DNA of 64,000 nt from the NCBI RefSeq assembly GCF_006345805.1, contig NC_043020.1, forward strand, positions 19,406,001-19,470,000. Direction: 5' to 3'. Below the pieces are notes generated by a model. The model was not told where the DNA came from, did not search any database, and saw only the letters and a program-made list of their open reading frames with translations. The DNA comes from Octopus sinensis (taxonomy: Eukaryota). Of the stretch, positions 1 through 13,561 are shown in pieces (the stretch's first letter is position 1; every line of letters starts with the position of its first letter). The translations under genes and the position numbers were made by a program.

Positions 1-186
1 GATGGCGGTGGTGGTGGCGGTAGTAGTAGTAGTAGTAGTAGGAGGAGGAGGAGGAGGAGGGGTGTGGTTGTTGCGGTATTAGTGGTAGTAGTAGCGGTGG
101 AGATAGTAGTGGTGATGTTGGTGGCGGTGGTGGTGGTTGTGGTGGTGGGGGGTAGTAGTAATAGTAGTAGTAGTAGTAGTAGTAGT

Positions 187-254
<68 letters not shown>

Positions 255-1173
255 CGGTGATGGCTGTAGTGCGGTTAGTGATTGTATTGGTTGTGGTGGA
301 TGTGGTTGATTGTGTTATTAGTAATAACTGAGGTGGATGCTAAACGGTTGATGTAATTGGTTTGGAATTTGTCACAAATCAAAAAGAAAAAAGTGATGCC
401 ACTCTCCCCCCCAACCGCCACCCCAACAACATAATTAACTACTAATTTCAAATATATAAAAAAAAAATGAAAAAGACTAAAAAATGTAAAAAGTGTAAAA
501 AAAAAATGTAAGCCCTCCCCCCATGACTCCTTCCAGAAGAAAAAAAAACAACAATAAGCAAACCAAAGCAACAAAAAAACCATTAATATTATCATTTATT
601 AAGCTTGTGTCTTTTATATGAGCGAAATGTCAGTTGTAACTAAAGTGAGTCCCAGCAATATTCCTGTCTCTCTGATTTCGTTCTTTTATTTGCCAAGCTG
701 CGCTTCATCCTTCACGTCAAGCACTTTGATCAGACACCGTCCATAATTCGCTCCCACCTCATTTACACCGGAAGTTCCGACATATTAAAAGGGCAAATTA
801 TCAATTTCTATCTTTTTTCATCTTTTATCTTATTTTTTTAATATTTGTTTCAGTCATTAGACCGCGGCGCGGCCATGCTGGGGCACCGACTCGAAGAATT
901 TTTAGTCAACCCCAGTACTAATTTCCTTTTTTAGCTTGGAACTTAATCTACCCATGTCCTTTTTAGTTTGCCGAACCGCTAATCCACAAATTCAGAAATC
1001 CGGGATCTAGAATTATCCAGTAATTTTTTACTAGTTTCATCTTGTCTCTTTGTTTTCTCTCCGTGTTGCTATATGGACAATTAAGATGGTTTTAGAGTCA
1101 GATCATGGCGGCTATTTTCAACATGGTGGTGTCTCGTAGATACCTTAATTTATAATTTAATAATTTATATATA

Positions 1174-1217
<44 letters not shown>

Positions 1218-1422
1218 TATATATACACACACATACATACATAACATACATACATACATACATAATACATACATACATAACATACATACATACATACAAC
1301 ATACATACATACATATATATATATTGATAGAAATGGTAAGACAACAAAAGAATGAAAGAGACCTCGATATTATGTAAATAGAGGAATTTATCTGTAAATA
1401 TAACATGTGACAATTATTCGGT

Positions 1423-1494
1423 AGCCATGATAAAACTCCAAGTTTTGGATGTCGGGGCGGAAACCCACGCCGCCATCTCTTCAGTTATCCGGCC
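1423..1494 (-). ncRNA. Degenerate hammerhead-like motif (G12 replaced by A)
   Basis: Minus strand: ggcc.gauaa-CUGAAGA-gauggcgg...cauc-cAAAAC-uugga-GUU-uuauc.uggcu. Extended stem I is intact. Confidence 0.4.
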
Positions 1495-1943
1495 ATCGAA
1501 AAAATGCTCCCCCCGAAACCCAAAAGGTAAGTTTATAAATTTATAATCAAGGGTACAAGTACCAGCATTGCCAGAAACAAGAGTCGAAAAATACTCAAAT
1601 AATACCCAAATATATATATATCACCGCCAACAGAACCACCATGAACACCAAAACCGATACGACGACTACAGCGCCATTACCAACCTTCTAACTTTTCAAT
1701 GACCAGCAACAACAGCAACAATAATATGAACAAGACGAACAAAAATAAAATGAAATAAAATAAAATAAAAGGCAATCACATTAAGTAATGTTGTACCTCC
1801 GTGTATTTTAAAAGTATAGTGAAATCTTTTAGGTCTTGGTATTGACTGGAGAGTCAAAAGTAATAACAATGCAATTAGCAAGAACAGCATGACCATTGCT
1901 CCCCTCTGCTATCACTATCACCATCATCATCAACATCAAAACC

Positions 1944-3400
1944 AATTCCACCAACGCTTCTTTCTGAAATTAAAGATGACTGATTCAAGTTACTTATTTG
2001 AAGAGTTTTTAAAAACTCTAAATTCGATATTCATTTTGGGTGGAATTACTGACATCATAAATTCAGCATAGTTTATTAGGATATGCGAATATTATTGCCA
2101 GAATAAGGTCCACAAAGATTTGTTGTTCGATCTATCGTTAGATGGAAGTACTGTAGGGGAAATTATAATTCAAAAAGAAGATGATGTTTCAAAGATAGTG
2201 CAGTGGCTAAGTTAAGGATGAAGATTGGATTGCAAGTTAAAGTCCAATCTGTAAGGAGAAATTCTATCGCTTTTATTCTTTTGATGATTCACCGAGAGGC
2301 GTTAGTGCCTAAAAAAATCTTTGCGAATGTGAATGCAATGCAGCAAGATGCCGTTAAAATCATAAACTTTATTAAAGTGTGCACTGAATAGTCACTACTT
2401 AGCAAATTTTTATAAAGAAATGAAGCCAATTTCAGAAAACTTTCATTAGGAACAGAAGTATGATGGCTGTCAAATGGACAAGCTTGAAATGGCTAATTCC
2501 ACCAACGCTTCTTTCTGAAATTAAAGATGACTGATTCAAGTTACTTATTTGAAGAGTTTTTAAAAACTCTAAATTCGATATTCATTTTGGGTGGAATTAC
2601 TGACATCATAAATTCAGCATAGTTTATTAGGATATGCGAATATTATTGCCAGAATAAGGTCCACAAAGATTTGTTGTTCGATCTATCGTTAGATGGAAGT
2701 ACTGTAGGGGAAATTATAATTCAAAAAGAAGATGATGTTTCAAAGATAGTGCAGTGGCTAAGTTAAGGATGAAGATTGGATTGCAAGTTAAAGTCCAATC
2801 TGTAAGGAGAAATTCTATCGCTTTTATTCTTTTGATGATTCACCGAGAGGCGTTAGTGCCTAAAAAAATCTTTGCGAATGTGAATGCAATGCAGCAAGAT
2901 GCCGTTAAAATCATAAACTTTATTAAAAGTTGTGCACTGAATAGTCACTACTTAGCAAATTTTTTATAAAGAAATTGAAGCCAATTTCAGAAAACTTTCA
3001 TTAGGAACAGAAGTATGATGGCTGTCAAATGGACAAGCTTTGAAATGGCTATTAGAATTTTTTTTTTTTTTTTTAAGTCATAATACTCCTGTCTGAACGA
3101 AATTCAGATTTGGTTAATTTGTTTCATAAAGAAGATTGGTTATGTAAATGGTACTACTTGTCAGATGTCTCAACAAGGAGAGACATCAATATTTCTTTAC
3201 TTTAATATAAAATTCATGCTGGCATAAAAAGAAAATACGGAAAGGAAATACAAAATAGAAAATGGTGGATTAGAAATGTTTTCATATAGAAATGATTTTC
3301 GTTTTTGATAATGCATTGAATTTTGATTTGATAAAGCAAATAATAATCGATCACTTGGAGACTTTAGAAAGCAATTTCCAGAAAAATACTTATTTTTTTC
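1944..3400 (+). mobile_element. hAT (Charlie/ZBED5-like) transposase relic, first ~550 bp tandemly duplicated
   Basis: IHREALVPKK..DAVKIINFIKSCALNSH..TEV.WLS.GQ motifs. Copies at 1944-2494 and 2495-3050. Confidence 0.75.
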
Positions 3401-3714
3401 ATCAGAATTAGAGACTAACCAATTGGACTGGGTCCAGTTGAATTAGTGCGCGTAAAACATCTGCCGTTAAAACGTCAGGTGGAAAATGCACAATATTCAA
3501 GGAATTGAACTCTCATCGTTTATCTTTTACTTGTTTCAGTCATTAGACTGCGGCCATGCTGGAGCACTTGTATTTTTAGTCGAATGAATCGACCCCAGTA
3601 CTTATTTTTAAGCCTGGTACTTATTCTATCGTTCTGTTTTGCCGAACTGCTAATTTACGGGAACGTAAACACACCAACACCAGTTGTTATGTGGTGATGG
3701 GGAAACAAATACAG

Positions 3715-3767
<53 letters not shown>

Positions 3768-5322
3768 CATACATATATATAAATACAAAAAATGGGACAA
3801 GAACGCAAAACATCCAGACAGTTAGGTGTAACAAAAAAAGGAAAACAAAACATCCAGACAGACGATACAAGGAAAACAAGGACGGGTCATTCGGAGTTTT
3901 CTATCCTCAGTGGTATTCCAGATTATCTTTGCAATTTCGGCTTCTTTCGGTTTCCGTCTACTAAATCCCCTGACAAGGTTTTGGTCGGTCCGAGGCTATA
4001 GTAGAAGACACTCGTCCAAGGTGACACACAGTGGGACTGAACCCGGAACCATGTGGTTGGGAAGCAAGCTTCTTTGGGGTTTGTGCTGTCTTTTCAATGT
4101 GGCCCGAATTAGCGACTGAAACCTTTCTGTCATCTGTCACCACGGATTTGAATGAATCAATATTTTTGGTTTGGATGGAAATCTAAACGAAATTCGCCAT
4201 AGAATTAAGAACGAATATTAAGAGAAGGTTTGATATTTTTAAATTTTTACGTGTTTTATATGGACTGCGGCCATGCTGGGGCACAGCCTTCGAGGGTTTT
4301 TGACAAAGATTCAACCCCAGTACTTAGTTTTAAAACCTGGTAATTATACTATCGGATACTTCTACCGGACTGCTGGGTTTCGTAGACGTAAACAAACCAA
4401 CAGCCGTTGTCAAGCGGTGGTCACACACTCTCACACACACAAACGACGGACATCTTTCAGTTTCCGTGTACCAAATCCACTCACAAGGCTTTGTCGCCCA
4501 GGTGCATCCATGCAGTGAGACCGAACCCAGAATCACGTGGTTAAGAATGAAACTTCTTACCACACACCCACGCCTGTGCAAAAAAGAAATCAGCACACCC
4601 CGCTCACTAAACGCATCATGGTCTCCTTTTAATATAATTATATATTGGTTTCAAACTTTAGCACAAGGCCAGCAAATTCAGGGGAGGGCGTAACTCGATT
4701 ACGCCGACTCAGTAATCAACTGGTATTTATTTTATCGACCTCCGGAAAGGTGAAAGGCAAAGTCGACATCGGCGGAATTTGAACTCGGAACGGAAAGACG
4801 GACGAAATATCTTAAGCGTGTTGCCTGGCGTGCTAACGATTCTGCCAGCTTGCCGCCTTAGTATATTTATATATTGAAATTGAGAAAGGTTAGAAAACAA
4901 GGCAGGCTGCGATTAATTCTGGCGTTCATTATATATATTTTTTTGTTATTTTATTTATTTATTGCTTTTTGTTATTTGACAAAGAAAAGATTTTCTTTCC
5001 TATTTTATATCAACGTTGATTTTCAATCCAATTTTTCTTTGGAGAAAACGTTACTCTTTAGATCAATTTTAAAATGTTCTTTTTTTTCGTAAAAAATTCT
5101 GCTCATTCTTTGTTTTTTTTTGGGGGTTTTTTTTTCTTGTAATATTTTTCAAGCTCAATTTTTTTGTATATTTCATTTTAACAACTTTGATTTTGAATTG
5201 GGTTTTTTAGACTCATTGCCGCTGCTGATTATCATGTCTTCTTGACTGAAAAATCCCCCCCAAAAAAACTACCTAATTCTTTTTACTCAAAGAAAATCTA
5301 CGCAGTCATTTTTGTTAAATAT

Positions 5323-6037
5323 ATGTGGATAATTTCCTTTTATTTTGAATCAGTCATTTCTCAAATGAAAACGACACAATTTATCGTAAATAGCGGAGTA
5401 TAGGACGCGGTCGAGCGACCATCATTGACGAGACCAAGGAAGGTCGAGATCATGTGATCTGGTGGTCTGGACACTAAAGGTGGCGGGGAAGCTATCTATC
5501 CGCCAGCAATATAAAAAAGAGTGCATTTCACACCAAAAGTCCATATGAAAGTTTCTCTCACATATCTACCGCAGTAAAATCTGTTTTAAGAAAACATCCA
5601 TGTTGAAGTGGGAGTAAATATCTCCGCTCGGTGTTAATACTGCCTCTGTCGCTTCTTCTTTAACGTTTTACGTAGTTCAACAAATAAGTGAATGTGTAAT
5701 GAACAAAATAGTAATTTGAAAAGAAGTGTCTATAAAATGAAATTTTAAACTTCGAAAGGCTATTGAGAAGGGATCCACCAGAATAAAATAGTTTCTCTCA
5801 TGGTATCTACCGCAGTAAAATCTGTTATAAGAAAACATCCATGTTGAAGTGGGAGTAAATATTTCTGCTCGGTGTTAATACTGCCTCTGTCGCTGATAGA
5901 TATCACATGATCTCGACCTTCCTTGGTCTCGTCAATGATGGGCGCTCGACCGCGTCCTATACACCGCCATTTACGATAGATTGTGTCGTTTTCATTTGAG
6001 AAATGACTGATTCAAAATAAAAGGAAATTATCCACAT
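5323..6037. repeat. 136-bp inverted repeat enclosing a ~105-bp direct repeat
   Basis: Arms 5323-5458/5902-6037 with 4 mismatches seen. Internal direct copies at about 5550-5654 and 5791-5894. Confidence 0.9.
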
Positions 6038-7018
6038 GAAAGAGGCCCATAGATAAAAAATAATTGAGAACCACTGGTGTAACAGATCGAGGTCTCTTCC
6101 CATTAGCTTAGCGAAAAGGGGAGGAAAAGACAAATCCACTCTAGACGACAATTTGTTTGATGAGCAGCTTTCACAGTACGGCTGCTCGATATATAAGTCA
6201 GGGGTATACTGGAATTTCTCTTGATTGTTGCACCACCTGAAAACATTGCAAATGTGTGTGCCTGCGTGCGTGCGTGCGTGCGTGTGTGGTGTTGTGTGTG
6301 TGTGTGTGTGTGTGTGCACTTACATACACAAATTTACATCCATAAATTTCATCGTCACCGACGTATTAAATATGAACGCCGTTCTGATGCCAAAAATAAT
6401 TCATATGGCGACGCACACGCATATACGCAGGGATCTGTATGTGTATGTTTGTGAGTGTTTGAGTGTGTGTGTGTTTCTTTGTGTGTGTGCGTGTGTGCGC
6501 GTGTGTGTGTGTGCGTGTCGCTGCTCACTTGTTTGTTTGGTAAACCCGATGAGTTGAGAGTTGCGTAACATATTACGTAAACCTATAGATGTTGTGCATA
6601 CTGCATACCTAACTGTACCGTGTTTACGTCAAAATAAAGACTCTTAACGAAATAATTATAGCAATACCAGATAACTCATTTGTCTGTTTTTATTGTTTTT
6701 ACGCCATGCTTAAGGTTCCATTCACTGCTGGATACTTTTGGATATCATTAGAGTTGTGGATTACCGAACAACAGTAAACTTCCTTTCATTGATGCATTCT
6801 GTGCTGGGATAATGGATTAATTAACTGTCTATTTTCACTCACCCTGTCTAGCCAATAATTGTGACGTACTACCCTTTGTTACGCTTTCATCTTTTATGGA
6901 TTCTCTGTCATTATAACCCTATCTCTCTGTCTGTCTCTAACTTTATCTCTCTCTCTGTCTATCTATCTATACATTCATACATACAGACATACAGATATAC
7001 ATACATACATATATATTA

Positions 7019-7067
<49 letters not shown>

Positions 7068-7609
7068 GTGTGTTGTGTGTATGTGTGTGCGTGTGTGTGT
7101 GTGTGTGTGCGTGTGTGTGTGTGTGTGTGTGTGGTGTGTGTTATACGTGACCTGAGTGTGCTGAAGATACTGAACACTCGAAGTTGAAACTCAGAGTAGC
7201 AAGAGACTGACTCGACTAAAACAAATATCACTATTAATCTATACTATAGTATCGAGTTATTGAGCAGTCATTTTCCCGGCAGTCAACACAAAACGATACA
7301 CACACCCACACATACCACACACACACCACACACACAAACATATATATATATATATATATAATATATATATATATATAATATAAAATCTTTTACTCTTTAC
7401 TCTTACTCTTTTATTTGTTTCAGTCATTTGACTGCGGCCATCCTGGAGCACCGCCTTTATAGTCGAGCAAATAGACCCCAGATCTTATTCTTTGTAAGCC
7501 ATTACTTATTCTATCGGTCTCTTTTGCCGAACTGCTAAGTTATGGGGACGTAAACACACCACCATCGTTGTCAAGCGATGCTGGGGATAACAGACACACA
7601 ACATATGCA

Positions 7610-7663
<54 letters not shown>

Positions 7664-8169
7664 ATATATATATAATATATATATATATAATATATATATG
7701 TATATATATATATATATAATATATATAATATATATATATATATACATATACATTACATATACGTCGGACTTCTTCCAGTTCCGTCTACCAAATCCACTCA
7801 CAAGGCTTTGTGCAGTTATGAATGATCATGGGATTGCATCTAGAAAGTTCCCCTCCAATGCACAAGTCCGGGCAAGGTTGTTTATGGAACACCAGCAGTC
7901 ACTCATGCATACCGGCCACCCCTCTCAACACCACTGATGTTATCCAAGCTAAAGGCAAAGGGGCCGATACAGCTTGGTACCATGACGTCGTAAGTCATTT
8001 CTGCAGCTGAGCGAACAGAAGCAACAGGAAATTAAGAGTCTTGCTCAAGAACACAACATGCAGCCCGGTCCAGGAATCGAAATCTCTATCTCACAAATGT
8101 GAACCCGACGATCTAGCCACTGAGCCATGCGCCTTCATTATATGTATGTATATATATATATATAATATA

Positions 8170-8209
<40 letters not shown>

Positions 8210-8215
8210 TATATG

Positions 8216-8301
<86 letters not shown>

Positions 8302-9008
8302 TATATATACATATTATACATATATGTATGTATGTATGTGCGTGTGTGTATGTGTGTATACAAGAGAGAGAGCAAGAGAGAGAGAGAGAGGTAGGACAGA
8401 CTGACAGATAGATAGATAGATAGTTAAGAAGGAAATTATGTTTGCATGCAAGTGTGTATGTATATTTGTATGTATGTACGTAGGTATGTGTAGATGTATG
8501 TGTGTGTATGTATGTATGTATGTATGCATATATGTATGTGTATATGTATGTATGCATGTATGTATGTGTATATATATGCATGTATGTATGCATGTATGTA
8601 TGCATGTATGTATGCATGTATGTATGTATGTACGTAGGTATGTGTGGACGTATATGTATGAATGGATGTATGGATGTAGATATGTAGGCAGGGAGGTAGG
8701 GATGAAGGGTCGAAGGTAGAGAGGGAGAGGAAGGTGAGTGGTAGGTACAAAGTACATAGGTAAGTAGGTGTAGGGAGGGTGGTTGGCAAGTAGAGCGAAG
8801 AAGGGTGAGTACATTCACTTACAGGGAACCACTTGCTCGTAGTCCAATCTGTAATACGGCAACGATGCCATTTAGGACAGGCAAGTTATTATGACCCAGT
8901 TTTAGCTCAACGTAAGACGGCTTTCAGCTGACCTGAATAATCGCTAACCTGGTTTACATCATACCAAAGTGGATGGTGAGTGTTTCACTCACGCACGCAC
9001 ACACACAC

Positions 9009-9045
<37 letters not shown>

Positions 9046-9048
<3 letters not shown>

Positions 9049-9241
9049 TCGTACACATGCATGCACATCACACACGACTGTATACAGACGTATACACGAT
9101 GCATATTATACTTACATATATGTATATGTGCACAAAATTAAGACAAACACACATGTACACATACATACTCACGTATAAGCATACTCCTGTCTGTCTGTCT
9201 GTCACTTTCTCTCTCTCTCCCTCTCTCCCTCTCTCCCTCTC

Positions 9242-9275
<34 letters not shown>

Positions 9276-9579
9276 TACATATATATCTACATGTATATAG
9301 ATAGATAGATTGGAGTGGTACCTACATACAGACAGACATATGCATATATACATACACACACACACACAACACACCACACCACACTCGTACACATGCATGC
9401 ACATCACACACGACTGTATACAGACGTATACACGATGCATATTATACTTACATATATGTATATGTGCACAAAATTAAGACAACACACATGTAACACATAC
9501 ATACTCACGTATAAGCATACTCCTGTCTGTCTGTCTGTCACTTTCTCTCTCTCTCTCCCTCTCTCCCTCTCTCCCTCTC

Positions 9580-9613
<34 letters not shown>

Positions 9614-9682
9614 TACATATATATCTACATGTATATAGATAGATAGATTGGTACCTACATACAGACAGACATATGCATATAT

Positions 9683-9715
<33 letters not shown>
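9046..9715 (+). repeat. ~336-bp tandem duplication of a compound microsatellite block
   Basis: acactcgtacacatgcatgcacatcacacacgactg at 9046 and 9382, with the same downstream (TC)n/GATA blocks. Confidence 0.85.
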
Positions 9716-9721
<6 letters not shown>

Positions 9722-9789
9722 ACATATATATATATATATATAAGCATGCATACATAAATATACATACATACACACACAGTTATACACAC

Positions 9790-9820
<31 letters not shown>

Positions 9821-10247
9821 CATACATACATACATACATGCATATATACATACATACATATATACATAAACACATATATTCATACATGCATTCATACATA
9901 CATACTCATACACATACATACATACATACACAGATATGCATGCATAAATACATACATACATATACGTATATGTATGCATACATGCATACATACATTCTTT
10001 TATTCTTGTATTTGTTTCAGTTACTCTCACCGTGGCCATGCTGGAGCACCACCTTAAGGGGCTTTTAGTCGAACATATTAACCCCAGGGATTATTCTTTG
10101 TAAGACTGGTACTTATTCTACAGGTCTCTTTTGCCGAACCGCTAAGTTACAGGTATATGACTCACCAACATCGGTTGTCAAGCGATGGAGGGGCAAACGC
10201 AGACACAAACACACAAACATACAAGCCCGTCGTATATATATATATAT

Positions 10248-10292
<45 letters not shown>

Positions 10293-10625
10293 TACGACAG
10301 GCTTCTTTCGGTTTCCGTCTACCATATCCACTCATAAGGCTTTGGTCGGCCCAAAACTATAGTAGAGGACACTTGCCCAATGTGCCACACAATGGGACTG
10401 AACCCGGAACCATGTGGTCCGGAAGCAAACTTCTTACTATGCAACTACGTACATACGTGTATGAGAACATCGCTGATGATGTCGAAATTCCAACAAAAAT
10501 CTTCTTTCTGATTTCGACACCTGTCTTTTGCTATTGGAGAGAAATTTAAATAACTCTCAGACACATACATATATGCATACATACACACCTACATACATAC
10601 ATACATACATACATACATACATACA

Positions 10626-10658
<33 letters not shown>

Positions 10659-10685
10659 GCATGCATGCATACATACATACATACA

Positions 10686-10759
<74 letters not shown>

Positions 10760-10837
10760 CATACAAATATACATGCATGCATGCATCCATCCATCCATAC
10801 ATACATACATGCATGCATCCATCCATCCATCCATACA

Positions 10838-10871
<34 letters not shown>

Positions 10872-11327
10872 AATATATACATACATACATAACTACATGC
10901 ATACACACATACATACATATAAACGAACACACACACACATTCGCAAACATACGTACACACACATATACGCATATGCTTTAATGCATTTGTGTGTGTGTGT
11001 GCGCGTGTACGTGTGTGTATGTGTGTACATGCGTGTATGTATGTGCGTGTGTACGTTTGTGTGGTGTGTACGTGTGTGTGTGTGTATGTATGTGCGTGTG
11101 TACGTTTGTGTGGTGTGTACGTGTGTGTGTATGTGTGTGTAAGTGTGTGTGTGTGAAGTGTGTCTGTCTTTATGTGAGCGCACGCATATCAAATATCACT
11201 AAGGTAGTTGAAATTTTGCATAGCGGCAGACCTTCAAGATATAAGATCTTCAGTTTTGTGACTTTTACCCATAGATTCTATAAAACCGGACAACGCCTTG
11301 TATTTACTGATAATAAAATAATGTGGG

Positions 11328-11411
<84 letters not shown>

Positions 11412-12006
11412 GAAAAAGGGCAGGAGAGAGCGAGACAGTCAAGCCGACAGGCAGACTTTGTCGACTCTTATCCATGTTCACAGAAGCATTTTGCTTTATC
11501 AATTTGCTATAACAATTAAAGCTGTGAGCTTGCAGAATCGTTACAACGACGGGTAAAGTGCTTAACGGCATTTCGTCCGTCTTCATGTTCTGAGTTCAAA
11601 TTCCACTGCGATCGATTTTGATTTCCTTCTTTGAATGTAATAAGTACCAATGAAATAAATACCAAATGAGCACTGGGGGTCGATGTAATCGACTTACCCC
11701 TCCTCTGAAACTGCTGGCCTTGTGCCAAAATTTGAAATCAATTTACAATAACAAGGAAAATCAAATTGAATCTGTTCATGGTCTCTGGTTCGGTCCCACA
11801 GCGTGATACCTTGTTTAATTATTTTCTACTATAGCCTCGGAGCGAGGCGATTGTTGAACAAATCGAACCTGGTCCTTATTCTATCGGTCGCTTTTTGCCG
11901 AACCGCTAGTTTACATAAACAAAGAACCACTGTCAAGCGATGTTGGAGAACGAACACAAATATAATGAATCACACACACACACACACACTATATATTATA
12001 TATATA

Positions 12007-12055
<49 letters not shown>

Positions 12056-12080
12056 TATATATCAATAATATAATAAATAT

Positions 12081-12420
12081 TAGGGAATAAATCCAAATTT
12101 ACAGGGAAAAAATCAGATTTAGGATTAAATCCAATTTTATAGTAAAGTATTATATAATATTAATTCGAAACAAAACCACTATTTTGCAAAACAAACAAGG
12201 AAAGACTTAATCAATACATAAGATGGATTTCCGATCTTCTAATCAGTTTCAATTGAAACTGATTAGAAGATCGGAAATCCACCTGACGAATGTCATTTGA
12301 AGACATGAAACGATTGTAGTGGCGGTTTATTTATTTTATATTAAAATTTTTATGTATTGATTAAGTCTTTCCTTGTTTGTTTTGCAAAATAGTGGTTTTG
12401 TCTCGAATTAATATTATATA
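12081..12420. mobile_element. Penelope-like pLTR remnant with inverted arms, embedded in (TA)n
   Basis: 71-bp inverted arms 12151-12221/12350-12420, an internal 58-bp perfect palindrome 12224-12281 and a hammerhead. (TA)n on both sides. Confidence 0.6.
12279..12322 (+). ncRNA. Minimal type I hammerhead ribozyme, canonical core
   Basis: Stem I ccac/gugg, CUGACGA (12283-89), stem II auguc/gacau, GAAA (12307-10), stem III ac-gauu-gu, cleavage triplet GUA (12316-18). Confidence 0.75.
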
Positions 12421-12699
12421 TATATATATATAATATATATATATATATATTATATATATATAATATATATATTTCTGCATTTATAAGCGATTTGTACGCA
12501 CAACGGCGAGAAGTCGGTCGTATTATAGTTTAACGACTAACATTATCATTCTTAATAAATAAATGACCATATTGATAATTAGTTAATTGTTCTTCGGTCA
12601 TTCATTTCTCCATTGCATCTTCTCATTCAATCATCGTCGTCACATTTTGGCGATTTCCCGACGTCTCTTCAAATTATGCCATTACACACACACACACAC

Positions 12700-12739
<40 letters not shown>

Positions 12740-13284
12740 TACGAGGTCTGATCAATAAGTATCTGGGCTTTTTCAGTTTCCATCTACGAAATCTATTGAC
12801 AGGGCTTTGGTCAACTGGGTCTAAAGTAGAAGACGCACTAGTCCAAGGTGCAATGCAGTGGACTGAACCCGCCACCATTTAGTTGGGAATCAAATTTCTA
12901 ACCACACAGCTACGCCTGAAAGCCTAGCAGTTAAATCTTATGCAAATCCCAGCCTACCGTCCTAAAGATATTGAAGGAAACGTTAGATAATGTGGTCTTG
13001 AAGCCTTTGAAAAAAGGAAAACGCTTTGGTTGTCTTCGACGGAATGGCTTAGATTTTAGGGCTCAACAAATCAATTTATGATTTCATAGGGCTTGTCATT
13101 TAAAAAAATTATTCAGTATTTATGAAATGAGAACCGACGCAACACTGTATACAAACTCCGACTCAATTAATTCTAATAAAACTCACAGAAACACCGCCGT
13201 TCCACCGGATGGTTTTCTGCTGGTGTATGATATGTTTAGTTGCACGAAACTGCTATGATGTGCATACACACACACACACACACA

Positions 13285-13322
<38 letters not shown>

Positions 13323-13561
13323 CACACCACAAGTGCATACCAGACGTTTTGAGACTTGTTTTTAGGAGAGGCAGTTCTAATTATTCTAGATTGCTGTAAT
13401 TTGCGTATACATTACTTTACATTTAATAAGCTGAGCTGCTAACAGTTTTGGTTCCAGATTGAAGGAGACAGCTGTAACAGCATTTTGAACACGCCCTAAT
13501 AAGCATTGCTTCTCACAGCTGACAAATTTGCAGAATGCAGTCGGGACGTGGAGATAATTTG

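Noticed and set aside
3880-3945. Hammerhead-like remnants in the insert within the SINE at 3781-3945 (and at 58830-58890)
   Set aside because: The core and stems are too degenerate to assign positions.
6140-6240. Unique stretch open on both strands (DDNLFDEQLSQYGCSIYKSG; WCNNQEKFQYTPDLYIEQPYCESC)
   Set aside because: No convincing donor on either strand and no recognisable domain.
8825-8911. Possible 87-nt exon (NHLLVVQSVIRQRCHLGQASYYDPVLAQ, cag|...|gtaaga)
   Set aside because: Isolated, with no partner exon or homology I can support. Worth only an RNA-seq glance.
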